From an uncultured Candidatus Saccharibacteria bacterium (GTDB lineage: Bacteria > Patescibacteriota > Minisyncoccia > Phycocordibacterales > CAIZLB01), in NCBI GenBank assembly GCA_964550955.1, contig CAZKAF010000001.1, positions 238,728-302,727 on the forward strand: a stretch of DNA of 64,000 nucleotides, read 5' to 3'. Position 1 is the stretch's first letter; the number at the start of each line of letters is the position of its first letter. The notes beneath the pieces are model-generated. The model was given only the letters and a program-made list of their open reading frames with translations. It had not been told where the DNA came from and ran no database searches. The position numbers were made by a program, and so were the translations under genes. This document shows, piece by piece, positions 19,636 to 29,209 of this stretch.

Positions 19636-21177
19636 TTACGCAAAAACTTGCTGCTCATGCCCCACCACGTCTATGATGCCTTCAATTGCTATTTGGTCTT
19701 CCGGCACGTTTCGGCTGAAAGCCTCCTCCTTCTCGAAGAGCGGAATCGGATATTCTCCCGTAAACGAGGACAGCGAGAATCGGTCGCGCGGATGGCCGGT
19801 AGCCCTGACCATGTTTTCCACGCTGAGATACGCGAGGGATGTCGCGGTCAGGTATTCCCGCACCTGCTCGATGGTTCTGCCCGACGCGATAAGGTCGTCC
19901 TGGTTCGGAGTGTCTATGCCGTAAAAGTCAGGAAAGCGGATCGGCGCGGACGTCACGAGAAAATGAACCTCGGTAGCTCCGGCCTCGAAAAGCATCTTGA
20001 CGATGCGCTTGCTGGTCGTGCCGCGCACGATCGAGTCGTCTATGACAGCCACTCTCTTGCCCGCGATGGTTCGCTTGAGCGGAAGCAGCTTCATTCTGAC
20101 CTTGGTATCCCTGTCGTTCTGAGTCGGCTGGATGAATGTCCTGTGTATGTACCTGTTCTTCGTCAGGCCGAATTCGAGCGGCACGCCGCTTGCCTGCGAA
20201 TAGCCTATGGCGGCAGGCACGGCGGTTTCCGGAACGGGAATGACGATATCCACGTCAAGCGAGTGCTGCTTCGCCAGGAGCTCGCCGAAGCGCTTTCTCA
20301 CCTCGTACACCTCTTCGCCCAGCAGGACGCTGTCATGCCGGGCAAAATACACGAATTCGAAGATATCGAATTTCGGATCAACTTGCTGCATGCAGGGATT
20401 CGATTCGACGGCCACTTGGCCGACCGTGCCATTTGCATGGCTTTGCCTGAACGTGATGATTTCCCCGGGCTCGACGTCCCGCAAGAACTCAGCTCCCAGA
20501 GTATCGAGAGCGCAGGTTTCCGACGCCACGACGTACGCTTCGGTTCCGTCTTCCAGGGATTTCTTCCCTACCGAGAGAGGTCTCATTCCCCACGGATCGC
20601 GAAAGGCGATGAGCTCGTCCCTCGACAGAAGCACGCAGGAAAAGGCGCCCGTGACCGAAGCGTACATCTGCTTCACCGCTTCCTGCAGTGACAAGCCGTC
20701 CTCATGGTGAGCATGTATGATTTCCGCCATGAGCTTCGAATCGCTGCATCCTTCGGTCTCGATGCCTCGCTCGCCCAGGAAGCTGATCATGCCCTGGACG
20801 CTCGGTATGTTGCCATTATGGGCAAGCGAGAACAAGGGCGTCTCGATCGGCTGCGCATGCCTCAGCCCCTCTCCGCTCGAAGTTGAGTATCTGTTATGGC
20901 CGATGGCGCCATGACCTTTCAATTCTCCCAAGACAGTTTCGCTGTAGACCGAGCTGACCAGGCCCTCGCCCTTATGCATGCTGAACGAGGAGCCGTCCGT
21001 GCAGACGATTCCTGAACTTTCCTGTCCCCTGTGCTGCAAAGAAAAAAGCCCGAAATATGCATCGCGGGCCGCATCCTTGCTGTTCCAAATTCCGACTACT
21101 GCGCATTTTTCATTAAGCTCTCTCGCAAAAGATTCCGAAGTCTCATTCCCGTCGGTTTCGAAACTCGATAAATGCAT
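19636..21177 (-). CDS. purF: amidophosphoribosyltransferase (glutamine PRPP amidotransferase)
   Basis: Ntn-type catalytic Cys in CAVVGIW, preceded by a 24-aa putative propeptide, plus a PRTase domain. Confidence 0.9.
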   Translation of the reverse strand: MHLSSFETDGNETSESFARELNEKCAVVGIWNSKDAARDAYFGLFSLQHRGQESSGIVCTDGSSFSMHKGEGLVSSVYSETVLGELKGHGAIGHNRYSTSSGEGLRHAQPIETPLFSLAHNGNIPSVQGMISFLGERGIETEGCSDSKLMAEIIHAHHEDGLSLQEAVKQMYASVTGAFSCVLLSRDELIAFRDPWGMRPLSVGKKSLEDGTEAYVVASETCALDTLGAEFLRDVEPGEIITFRQSHANGTVGQVAVESNPCMQQVDPKFDIFEFVYFARHDSVLLGEEVYEVRKRFGELLAKQHSLDVDIVIPVPETAVPAAIGYSQASGVPLEFGLTKNRYIHRTFIQPTQNDRDTKVRMKLLPLKRTIAGKRVAVIDDSIVRGTTSKRIVKMLFEAGATEVHFLVTSAPIRFPDFYGIDTPNQDDLIASGRTIEQVREYLTATSLAYLSVENMVRATGHPRDRFSLSSFTGEYPIPLFEKEEAFSRNVPEDQIAIEGIIDVVGHEQQVFA

Positions 21178-21248
21178 ATATACAGACAGTATATATCGAA
21201 TCTTGATGCGGCGCCTGAAAGATATTCACAGGGCCGCGAGAAAGGCCC

Positions 21249-21914
21249 TTAAGCCTCGAAAACTCGCACCATGGCGGGCCGGATGACCTTTCCGCTGAGC
21301 ATGTATCCTTTCTGCAGGACTTCGGCCACGGCCCCTTCTTTCGATTTGTCATCGGTGCTTACCACGGAGATGGACTGGTGCAGGTTGGGATCAAACGCGT
21401 CGCCTATCGCGCCGAAGCCCGTCACGCCCTGCTTGGCGAGAATGCCCGAAAGCTGGCCGTAAATGCCCTCGATGCCCTTTCTCCATTCTTCGGAAACTGA
21501 TTCCCATGAAGCCTTGTTGCTCATGGCCGTGTCGAAGCTGTCGAATACCGGAAGCAGGTCTTCTATGACCGCCTGCTTTGCGAACTTGAGGAAATCGGCT
21601 TTTGATTCCTCGTCCCTTCTTCGCGCGTTCACGAATTCGGCCTTGTCGCGCTGCCAGCCGTTAAGATACGCCTGTTTTTCTTCTACGGCAGTCTTGAGCT
21701 TGGCTCGCAGCCGCTTGAGCGCCTCGGCGGGGCCCAGTTCGGATTCCTCGTCAAATACTACGTCATCCTCGGCATCGCCTTCCTGAGCCTGAGCAGCGTC
21801 AGCGTCAAAGCCCGCATCGGCCCGGCCCGCCTTCTTGCCGCCCTCCTGTTCAAGCTCGTTCAAAGCTTCTTCCAGCGATTCTTCCGCGTTTGTTTTCTTC
21901 AGATCATCATTCAT
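21249..21914 (-). CDS. grpE: nucleotide exchange factor GrpE
   Basis: Acidic N-terminus, coiled-coil and C-terminal beta domain pattern. Confidence 0.88.
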   Translation of the reverse strand: MNDDLKKTNAEESLEEALNELEQEGGKKAGRADAGFDADAAQAQEGDAEDDVVFDEESELGPAEALKRLRAKLKTAVEEKQAYLNGWQRDKAEFVNARRRDEESKADFLKFAKQAVIEDLLPVFDSFDTAMSNKASWESVSEEWRKGIEGIYGQLSGILAKQGVTGFGAIGDAFDPNLHQSISVVSTDDKSKEGAVAEVLQKGYMLSGKVIRPAMVRVFEA

Positions 21915-22040
21915 ATGCGGGACATTTTAACGGCCCTGCCTGGACATGTCAAACCGAGGGAAAAATCCGCCCAGCTTAAAACTTAAAAAGAGAATGCGTA
22001 TTTCATGAAAACATAATAACATGAAGGGCGCGATTCCGGA

Positions 22041-22068
22041 CAAAAGAAAAAGCCCCGCGTTGGGGACT
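22041..22068 (-). terminator. weak putative intrinsic terminator downstream of rpsI
   Basis: CCCC-gcgtt-GGGG hairpin (22052-22066) followed on the minus strand by CTTTTTCTTTT. Confidence 0.3.
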
Positions 22069-22141
22069 TTTCTCGTCTTGCGATTATCGCTTTGGTCCGC
22101 GTACGGTCGTTGTCTTCGGCATCCGAGTAAACGATAAACTG

Positions 22142-22549
22142 TTATCGTTTACTCCACTGAGGAGCCTTTCGAGCCTTCTTGAGGCCGAACTTTCGTCGTT
22201 CCTTGGCTCGCTGGTCTCGAGTGAGAAGTCCTTCCTTCTTGAGCACGCCTCGGAGGTTCTTGTCGTACCCTTCGATAGCTCGCGCCAGGCCATGAGAGAG
22301 CGCCTGAGCCTGCGAGCTGATTCCGCCGCCAACGATCTGGGCAGTAATCATGAACTTCTGCTCGATGCCGGACTTGCTGATCGGCTCGATAGCCGTAACC
22401 TGAAGCGAGAGAGTCTTGAAGTACTCGTTAAGTTCCTTGTTGTTGACCACGATAGTCTGCTTTGCCGCAGGCGTGATTCGAACTCGGGCCGTAGACGTCT
22501 TTCGTCGTCCGTTCGCTTGGATGTATTTGTGTTTAGTTTCTGTTGACAT
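22142..22549 (-). CDS. rpsI: 30S ribosomal protein S9
   Basis: GRRKTSTARV motif and the C-terminal ...KAPQWSKR. Confidence 0.92.
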   Translation of the reverse strand: MSTETKHKYIQANGRRKTSTARVRITPAAKQTIVVNNKELNEYFKTLSLQVTAIEPISKSGIEQKFMITAQIVGGGISSQAQALSHGLARAIEGYDKNLRGVLKKEGLLTRDQRAKERRKFGLKKARKAPQWSKR

Positions 22550-22578
22550 AATTTTATTGAAATTTAATACTCGACCGA

Positions 22579-22926
22579 TTATTGAGTAATCGTAAGCTTG
22601 GTCATCATGACAGCCTTCAGCTTGTTATCAGGAAGCATCCCCTTGACCGCCCTTCTGAACGCCTCTTCCACGCCCTTTCGATCGATGAGCTTGTGAAGCT
22701 TTTCGTTCTTCTGTCCTCCGGGATAGCCTGAGTACGTGAGGTAGAATTTCTCGTTCTTCTTCTTTTCAGAAATGTCAGCCTTGGAAGTGTTGATGATTTC
22801 AACGTGAACGTCAGGGACGATGTTTCGCGCGAACTCGGGAGTGTTCTTGCCCATGAGAAGGATGGCCGCTTCCGAAGCGACTCGTCCCAGCTTTTTGTTT
22901 TGTGCGTCAATGATATGCTTTGTCAT
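22579..22926 (-). CDS. rplM: 50S ribosomal protein L13
   Basis: N-terminus LGRVASEAAILLMGK is L13-like, and it sits immediately upstream of rpsI as in the rplM-rpsI operon. Short at 115 aa. Confidence 0.88.
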   Translation of the reverse strand: MTKHIIDAQNKKLGRVASEAAILLMGKNTPEFARNIVPDVHVEIINTSKADISEKKKNEKFYLTYSGYPGGQKNEKLHKLIDRKGVEEAFRRAVKGMLPDNKLKAVMMTKLTITQ

Positions 22927-22949
22927 GTTATTGGAATTAGGTATGGTTT

Positions 22950-23303
22950 CTACTTAACAAGCTCAATAGCAGCCATCTTGCTACCATCAGTCAGTCGTCG
23001 TTCCAGCTTGATAATTCTCGTGTAGCCGCCGTTTCGTTCCTTGTACTCCGGAGCGATGATGTCGACAAGCTTCTTCACGATGATGTTGTTCGCGAGCCGG
23101 GCCGCGACAAGCCTTTTTGCCGAGAGGTCGCCAACGCGAGCGATCGTGATGAGTTCCTCGGCGAAAGGCCGCACTTCCTTAGCTTTAGCTTCCGTCGTCA
23201 CGATCTTGCCATGGAGAAAGAGCTCCCTTGCGAGCGATCGAAGGAGGGCGTTTCTCTGGTCTGTCTTTCGTCCGAATTTTCTGTTTGCGTTGTGATGTCT
23301 CAT
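22950..23303 (-). CDS. rplQ: 50S ribosomal protein L17
   Basis: MRHHNANRKFGRKTDQRNALLRSLA N-terminus. Confidence 0.92.
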   Translation of the reverse strand: MRHHNANRKFGRKTDQRNALLRSLARELFLHGKIVTTEAKAKEVRPFAEELITIARVGDLSAKRLVAARLANNIIVKKLVDIIAPEYKERNGGYTRIIKLERRLTDGSKMAAIELVK

Positions 23304-23332
23304 GGCGTTTTACTTAATAGATAACTACAATA

Positions 23333-24301
23333 CTATGCTTTTAGAGATAAGCCAAGCCCTTCAAGGACTGTCTTGATTTCCTCAAGTCCCTTTGAGCCGA
23401 GTCCCTCGATTTCGAGGATGTCCTTCTCCTTCTTTCTGATAAGGCCTCCTACCGTTCGAATGTTGGCGCTGACAAGGGCGTTTGCAGTCCTCTGGGAGAG
23501 TTCCACCGACTCGATTCTCGTCTTGAGGGCGTCATCGAGAGCCTCCTTGTCTTCGGCTGTTTCCTCGGGAGTCGGAATGTGAGCGGGAGCCGCCACTTCG
23601 ACTTCAGTTTCCTTGAAACCGATGATGGCCTTCAGCTGCGTGATCATGATTTCAACGGACTTTTCAAAAGCGTCTCTCGGAGAGATCGTTCCGTCAGTCT
23701 TGATGTACATCTTCAGCTTGTTGAAGTCTGTTCGGTCGCCGACTCGCATCTGCTCCACGTCATAGTTAGCGAGAAGAACCGGAGAAAAAGCCGCATCGAG
23801 GGCAATGCTGCCGATATCGACTCGGTCCTTATGAAGAATTTCTTTTGCCAGGAATCCGATGCCTTTCTCAACCGTAACTTCCATGTCAATTTCCGTGTCC
23901 TTGTCCGTGATGCTCATGATGTGATGCTCCGGGTTCGCGAGCTCGACTTGTCCGGGAAGCTTGAAGTCCGCAGCCGTGATTTCCTTGATGCCTTTTGCCT
24001 TGAGGCTGACCGTCTGAGCTTCGTCGCCTGAGATGCTGAATCGGATCTTCTTGAGGTTGAGGATGATATTGATCACGTCTTCCTTGACGCCGTCGATCGT
24101 GGCGAATTCGTGGCTCACGCCGTTGATCTTGACGCTCGTGATGGCCGCGCCGGGAAGCGAGGAAAGGATGATTCTTCGGAGCGAGTTCCCGAGCGTGTGA
24201 CCGTAGCCAGGATAAAGACCGTCGATCTCATAGTGACCGTAGTTCGCAGTCTCTTCTACTGCTCTAGGCTTTGATGGTAGTACAATGTGTATCTCAGACA
24301 T
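23333..24301 (-). CDS. rpoA: DNA-directed RNA polymerase subunit alpha
   Basis: N-terminal dimerisation domain and C-terminal alpha-CTD (ELSQRTANAL), in the conserved S4-rpoA-L17 context. Confidence 0.93.
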   Translation of the reverse strand: MSEIHIVLPSKPRAVEETANYGHYEIDGLYPGYGHTLGNSLRRIILSSLPGAAITSVKINGVSHEFATIDGVKEDVINIILNLKKIRFSISGDEAQTVSLKAKGIKEITAADFKLPGQVELANPEHHIMSITDKDTEIDMEVTVEKGIGFLAKEILHKDRVDIGSIALDAAFSPVLLANYDVEQMRVGDRTDFNKLKMYIKTDGTISPRDAFEKSVEIMITQLKAIIGFKETEVEVAAPAHIPTPEETAEDKEALDDALKTRIESVELSQRTANALVSANIRTVGGLIRKKEKDILEIEGLGSKGLEEIKTVLEGLGLSLKA

Positions 24302-24320
24302 GATGTTTAAAATTAATTTA

Positions 24321-24929
24321 TTATCGCTTGTAATATTCCAGTACAGCGCTCAAGTCGAACAGAAGGTCCTGATTTTCAATGCTCGGGATTCTAAGCATCG
24401 ATGCCTGCTTTCTTTCATTATTCCACGTAATCCAAACCGGGGTCTCGAGAGTCTTGAGCTTTTCGTCGAACTCCTTGAAGATTCCGTTTGCCTTGCTTCC
24501 TTCGCGAAGGGAGATGGTGTCGCCGGCCTTGACGACATAAGAAGGGACGTTGAGCTTTCGCCCGTTCACGAGAATGTGGCCGTGAGAGACGACCTGTCGG
24601 GCGAACCGTCGGGTTGCCGCGAGGCCGAGCCGGTAGATGACGTTGTCGAGCCGAGTTTCGAGCTTCTGGAAAAGGTCAGATGTCGGAGTATGGCTGCCGG
24701 ATTCGATGACATCCTTTGCGTATTTTGAAAACTGTCGCTCAGAAACGCCGTAGGTGAATCGAGCTTTCTGCTTTTCGATAAGCTGTCGCGCGAAATCGCT
24801 TTTGGCGCCGCCTCTCTTTCCGCCCGGTCGAACTTCCTTGACTGTAGCCTTGAACTTGGCAGTCTGAGTCTTTTCGAATATTGGTGCACCGAGTCTTCGT
24901 GCAATTTTGAATTTTGGTCCGATTTTCAT
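24321..24929 (-). CDS. rpsD: 30S ribosomal protein S4
   Basis: KIARRLG N-terminus and an S4 RNA-binding domain. Confidence 0.93.
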   Translation of the reverse strand: MKIGPKFKIARRLGAPIFEKTQTAKFKATVKEVRPGGKRGGAKSDFARQLIEKQKARFTYGVSERQFSKYAKDVIESGSHTPTSDLFQKLETRLDNVIYRLGLAATRRFARQVVSHGHILVNGRKLNVPSYVVKAGDTISLREGSKANGIFKEFDEKLKTLETPVWITWNNERKQASMLRIPSIENQDLLFDLSAVLEYYKR

Positions 24930-24953
24930 ATTTTTATATAAATACTATGGTTA

Positions 24954-25379
24954 CTAGATTCTTCTAGGCTTAGGTGGCTTAGGTCCGTTATGCGGAACAG
25001 GAGTCATGTCCTGTACTCCAACGAGTCCAATACCTTTAGTAATAAAAGATCTGATAGCAGATTCTCGGCCTGAACCTACACCTTTAACTACTACTGAGAT
25101 CTCTTTCATACCCATAGCGATCGCTTTGTCAGCGAGGATTTCTCCTACTTTAGCAGCTGCGAAAGGAGTACCCTTTTTCGCGCCTTTGAATCCAAGTGAA
25201 CCACTTGAAGACCATGCTAATGCATTACCCTTAGTATCAGTAAGAACGAGCTTAGTGTTGTTGTACGTAGACTGTACGCAAAGAATACCTGCGTCCACTT
25301 TTCGCTTAGATGAATTTGATCCACCTTTTTTTGCTGAAGAATCATTCGATTCAGTTGTTGCAATTCGTTTCTTTCCCAT
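24954..25379 (-). CDS. rpsK: 30S ribosomal protein S11
   Basis: WSSSGSLGFKGAKKGTPFAA and TPVPHNGPKPPKPRR motifs. Confidence 0.93.
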   Translation of the reverse strand: MGKKRIATTESNDSSAKKGGSNSSKRKVDAGILCVQSTYNNTKLVLTDTKGNALAWSSSGSLGFKGAKKGTPFAAAKVGEILADKAIAMGMKEISVVVKGVGSGRESAIRSFITKGIGLVGVQDMTPVPHNGPKPPKPRRI

Positions 25380-25403
25380 AATGTGGTGTTAATTATTAAT
25401 AGA

Positions 25404-25781
25404 TTACTTCTTAGTTTCTTTCTTTCGTCCTGAACCCATAGTCTTTTTAGGACCCTTCAAAGTTCTAGCGTTAGTTTTAGTTCGCTGACCTCGAGCTGGA
25501 AGGCGTCGAGCATGTCTTGAACCTCTGTAAGACTTGATATCTTTAAGTCGTTTGATGTTTGAAGAAACTTCTCGTTTAAGATCAGCTTCTAACTTTAGGC
25601 TCTCAACGATGAGTCTGATTTTCGCCTCGTCATCAGTAGAAATATCCTTAGTCGTCTGACTAAAGTCTACTCCTGCTTCTTGAAGGATTTTTTGAGCTCG
25701 AGACCGGCCGATGCCATAAAGAGCAGTCAAAGCCATTTCGAGTCGTTTGTTTTCTGGAATTGTAATACCTAGGATACGCAT
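25404..25781 (-). CDS. rpsM: 30S ribosomal protein S13
   Basis: MRILGITIPENKRLEMALTALYGIG N-terminus. Confidence 0.93.
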   Translation of the reverse strand: MRILGITIPENKRLEMALTALYGIGRSRAQKILQEAGVDFSQTTKDISTDDEAKIRLIVESLKLEADLKREVSSNIKRLKDIKSYRGSRHARRLPARGQRTKTNARTLKGPKKTMGSGRKKETKK

Positions 25782-25793
25782 AGTGTAATGATA

Positions 25794-25910
25794 TTAGCCT
25801 TGCTTTTGCTTATGGCGAATATTGGCCTTGCAGGTAACGTATAAAACCCCGTTTCTTCGGACTACTTTACACTGTGCACATTTCTTTTTTACTGAAGCTT
25901 TTACTCGCAT
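25794..25910 (-). CDS. rpmJ: 50S ribosomal protein L36
   Basis: Not in the ORF track because it is under 60 aa. My own translation gives [38 protein letters not shown], 38 aa with the C-x2-C...C...H zinc ribbon, sitting between infA and rpsM as expected. Confidence 0.85.
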   Translation of the reverse strand: MRVKASVKKKCAQCKVVRRNGVLYVTCKANIRHKQKQG

Positions 25911-25981
25911 AAACTCAATCAAAATAATAATAAAAAGTCGTGATGGTCATATTACTATAACCATGGTCAATTGTAAAGCGC

Positions 25982-26206
25982 TTACATTCTTCGTGTAATA
26001 CGCGCTTTCCCACCGTATGGATCAATGTCGAGCATTACTCGGTCTCCAATGACTACTCGGATACGATTATGCGTCATTTTACCTCCAAGAAATGAGAGTA
26101 CGAGATTATCGCTTTCATCGCCATCCAACTTCACCTTAAAAAGTGCGTTTGGTAACGATTCCATAACTATGCCGTAAACTACTGGTTTATCTTTCTTGTT
26201 GTTCAT
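25982..26206 (-). CDS. infA: translation initiation factor IF-1
   Basis: 74 aa, S1-like OB fold, sequence ...GKMTHNRIRVVIGDRVMLDIDPYG. Confidence 0.9.
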   Translation of the reverse strand: MNNKKDKPVVYGIVMESLPNALFKVKLDGDESDNLVLSFLGGKMTHNRIRVVIGDRVMLDIDPYGGKARITRRM

Positions 26207-26313
26207 GATTCACGATTGTGTACGCTCTATAGTATCAGAAAAATAGCCATACTGTCAAAATATAGGCTGAAATAATGCCGGCAGAATGGGCCGAGATCCG
26301 CGCCGCTGGTGGA

Positions 26314-27885
26314 TTATTGCTCGATTTCAACAAAGACCCGCTTGGAAGCTGCCGGAAGCTTGCTCTTCCACCACGGCTTTATGGAAACCTCGATGGACTC
26401 GAGCTCGACGAGCTGCTTTATGGCAGGAATGGCCTGTTCCCGCGTGAGGCCGCTGACGGCCTTGGCGATGCGCAGCGTGTCGATGCTCGAACTGATGGTG
26501 GACGTGCCGGATGTCATCACGTATGCATTGTCTTTTGTCAGGTCTTCGGGAATCGTGTCGGTCGGCAGCTTGATGAAGAGCTTGCTGAGATTCCCCGTGT
26601 ACACGATGTCAGTGCTCGTAGCCTGCTCTTCCTGATTTTGAGTTTTTATGAGAAATTCGGATACCTCGCTTCTGTTAAAAATGATGGCCTTGGCGGTAGC
26701 CTTCTGGGACATCGTGAGAACGGCGCCGTCCTGCGACACTTCCTGCTTCAGGGCCTCATAAACCGGCACTATCGCGTCCTCGATAAACACTTCGCCCTTG
26801 CTCTCGGATACCTCTTTCAGGACCTCGGCCTTGAGCTTGGCCAGAAGCTCCTGCCTCAGGCTTTGGCTGGTGGATGCGACCTGGGCAGTCGCGACGTTCG
26901 GCACTTCGCCGACGTATCCGTTGCCGATAGAAGTCTTTGTCCGGCCGTAAATGGCGTCGTATCGATCCGAGCCCCTGTACGCGACCAATTTGAAATCCTT
27001 GAATCCGACATTGTACTTGTCGCCGGCAACATCGGCCGTGACATTCACTTCGACGCTGCCCGGCACGGCTTTTCCGTTTTCCATCTTTTGCCCGGGAATC
27101 GTGACAGGAGCGTCAGTCTTGAAAACCAGCCCTTCGGGAGTTTCGAGCCTCGTGTTTATCACAAGCCTCTGCTCGGTGCTGCTAAATGCATTATAAAGGA
27201 CGACTCTTCCCGTGGCCTTTCTGCTTACCTGCATTGTTCCTTTGGCCTCTGCCGTAGCGCTCACGCTCGCCTCGACTTCGACGACGCGGTGCGCCACTTC
27301 ATTCAAATACATGCGCGAAGAATTCACGGCCACCTCATGCGTCACGGGATTGATGCGGATGGTCGCTGACGCATACTGCACGGAAAGGAAAAATAGCGCG
27401 AAAAGCGCGATCGCTCCGAGCGCCGCATATAATTTCCAGCTCTTTTTTCCCTTGTTATGCCGGCTCCAGGCATCGAAGGATTCATCCTCTTCGCCTGCGA
27501 AATCTTCAGCTCTCCCCTCATACATGGCAGGCTCGGCTATGCCCGATGCGGTTTCTGCCCCGCCCTGCGAAAAATCTTCCGATTCCTGGGAAAAATCCTC
27601 ATCATTTGCTGCCGCGGCGCCTGCCGCGCTTGCAGGGACAGCCGGCGCCTTGCGCCTTGTTCGGGTCGATCTTTTGACGCCGTCCATGCTTACCGGATGA
27701 TGAGCGACGCTTATGGTCTGGTCGGTCACGTGCTCCGTGTGGATGGAAACGGAGTCATCGGTAGCCTTGACCGAGAAGCTGTCCTGGATTATCTCTTGCT
27801 TCTTCAAGGGCAACGGGATGTTCCTGATGCTCCGCTTTTCCTGAGGTATGATGTCGTAGAACTTTTTTTTCATAAATATATTCAA
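26314..27885 (-). CDS. hypothetical bitopic membrane protein (about 150-aa acidic cytoplasmic N-terminus, one TM, large extracytoplasmic domain)
   Basis: 523 aa with a single TM (LYAALGAIALFALFFLSV) and no catalytic motifs. Immediately downstream of a possible actin-like ATPase gene. Confidence 0.5.
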   Translation of the reverse strand: MNIFMKKKFYDIIPQEKRSIRNIPLPLKKQEIIQDSFSVKATDDSVSIHTEHVTDQTISVAHHPVSMDGVKRSTRTRRKAPAVPASAAGAAAANDEDFSQESEDFSQGGAETASGIAEPAMYEGRAEDFAGEEDESFDAWSRHNKGKKSWKLYAALGAIALFALFFLSVQYASATIRINPVTHEVAVNSSRMYLNEVAHRVVEVEASVSATAEAKGTMQVSRKATGRVVLYNAFSSTEQRLVINTRLETPEGLVFKTDAPVTIPGQKMENGKAVPGSVEVNVTADVAGDKYNVGFKDFKLVAYRGSDRYDAIYGRTKTSIGNGYVGEVPNVATAQVASTSQSLRQELLAKLKAEVLKEVSESKGEVFIEDAIVPVYEALKQEVSQDGAVLTMSQKATAKAIIFNRSEVSEFLIKTQNQEEQATSTDIVYTGNLSKLFIKLPTDTIPEDLTKDNAYVMTSGTSTISSSIDTLRIAKAVSGLTREQAIPAIKQLVELESIEVSIKPWWKSKLPAASKRVFVEIEQ

Positions 27886-27904
27886 TTAATTCTGCACAAC
27901 GTTC

Positions 27905-29065
27905 CTACATTGTAGCATGTAAGATTTTATTGTTGAACACGGACCCCAAGGTCAGCGTCAGGTCCGGCAGTATTCCAGGAACGCTTGCGCAAAGGGATGA
28001 AAAATCTGCTGATTTCACTTCTATGACCTTGAACTCTCCTTCGGCGAAGGAGAACTGCTGGTATTCTTCGCTCAGGATGTAGTCGGAAAAAATCCTGCCG
28101 ACATTTCGCGCGGGAAACACGTAGAACGTGCTCGGAAGCGAGGAGCTGGCAGACATTACCGAGAGGGATTCGGTCAGCTCCTTCAGCCAGACCTTGCGCG
28201 CCTTCTCAAGCGCCGCGTCCACTTTCTTCAGAAGCTCCGGCTCGATCTGCCCGCTATTTTTCAGCTTGAGCAGCGATTCGGCAACCTCCGGAGTCAGGCC
28301 GAGCTCGGTCGCGATGGTCCTTTCGAGGAATCTCTTCCCTTTCGGGAACGATGACGCTTCCGAGATGACGCCTTTCCGGACGGATACGAGTTCCGTCAGC
28401 TCCGAGGTAATGTCGGCGATGATGTACTGCGACGCCTCCTTCCAGTTGTCGCTGATGATCGAGAATGCCATGAGCGACTGCGAATGAATGTCGACCGCCT
28501 TCGTGTGAAAGTGCTTGTCTATCAGGAGCCGTATCTGCTCAAGCGACGAATGCCGGGCAAAGCTCGTGTAAACGTTCATGTCCAGGGACTGGGCCTTCTT
28601 CTTCAGCGGCTCGAATGTCGGATATCCGTTCAGCGCGATTCGGATTATTTTCTGCTCCAAGACGGCCACGTCGACCTTATGGGCGTCGCGGTACGCCTTG
28701 GCGATATTCTCCTTCGAAGAATTGATCAGCTGCTCCGTGACGACGAAGGGCTTCTGCTCCTTGATCTTGATGACGGAGGTTTCCGCGACGTACCAGGGAG
28801 ACGAGAGCATCACGCAGGCATTGTGAATCTTGATCTTGAGCTTCGATGCGTGCTGAAAGTCCGCATTTTTCATGTCGGAGAGGAGGGACGCGAATTCCTG
28901 AAGAATCTTGCTCTCGAGGTGGTCCCTGTCCCGCTCGTGGAACCGCGGAAGCTCCCTGACGCGAGACGTCAGAATCTTGGGCGGCTTGCCGCTTTCATGG
29001 GCGACAATCGCGCCCTTTACGACGCTATTTCCAATATAAAAAACAAGGGACCCGGTAAGCTTCAT
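27905..29065 (-). CDS. hypothetical protein, possible actin-like ATPase fold (FtsA/PilM-like), uncertain
   Basis: 386 aa. Spaced hydrophobic and Gly-containing segments (LVFYIGNSVVKG, YIIADITSELTELV) resemble the phosphate-1 and phosphate-2 motifs of actin-like ATPases. Weak. Confidence 0.4.
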   Translation of the reverse strand: MKLTGSLVFYIGNSVVKGAIVAHESGKPPKILTSRVRELPRFHERDRDHLESKILQEFASLLSDMKNADFQHASKLKIKIHNACVMLSSPWYVAETSVIKIKEQKPFVVTEQLINSSKENIAKAYRDAHKVDVAVLEQKIIRIALNGYPTFEPLKKKAQSLDMNVYTSFARHSSLEQIRLLIDKHFHTKAVDIHSQSLMAFSIISDNWKEASQYIIADITSELTELVSVRKGVISEASSFPKGKRFLERTIATELGLTPEVAESLLKLKNSGQIEPELLKKVDAALEKARKVWLKELTESLSVMSASSSLPSTFYVFPARNVGRIFSDYILSEEYQQFSFAEGEFKVIEVKSADFSSLCASVPGILPDLTLTLGSVFNNKILHATM

Positions 29066-29209
29066 ATTGCATTACAGTATAGCAAAGCATTCGCCCATTC
29101 GTGCACGCTCTTGTACACATATTCATGAAGATTGAAGCCTTGCCGGCAAAAAATATTCCCGTCGCCCGGCGAATCAGCGAGCAAATGGCTGAAACCAGAT
29201 TAGCTAAGA

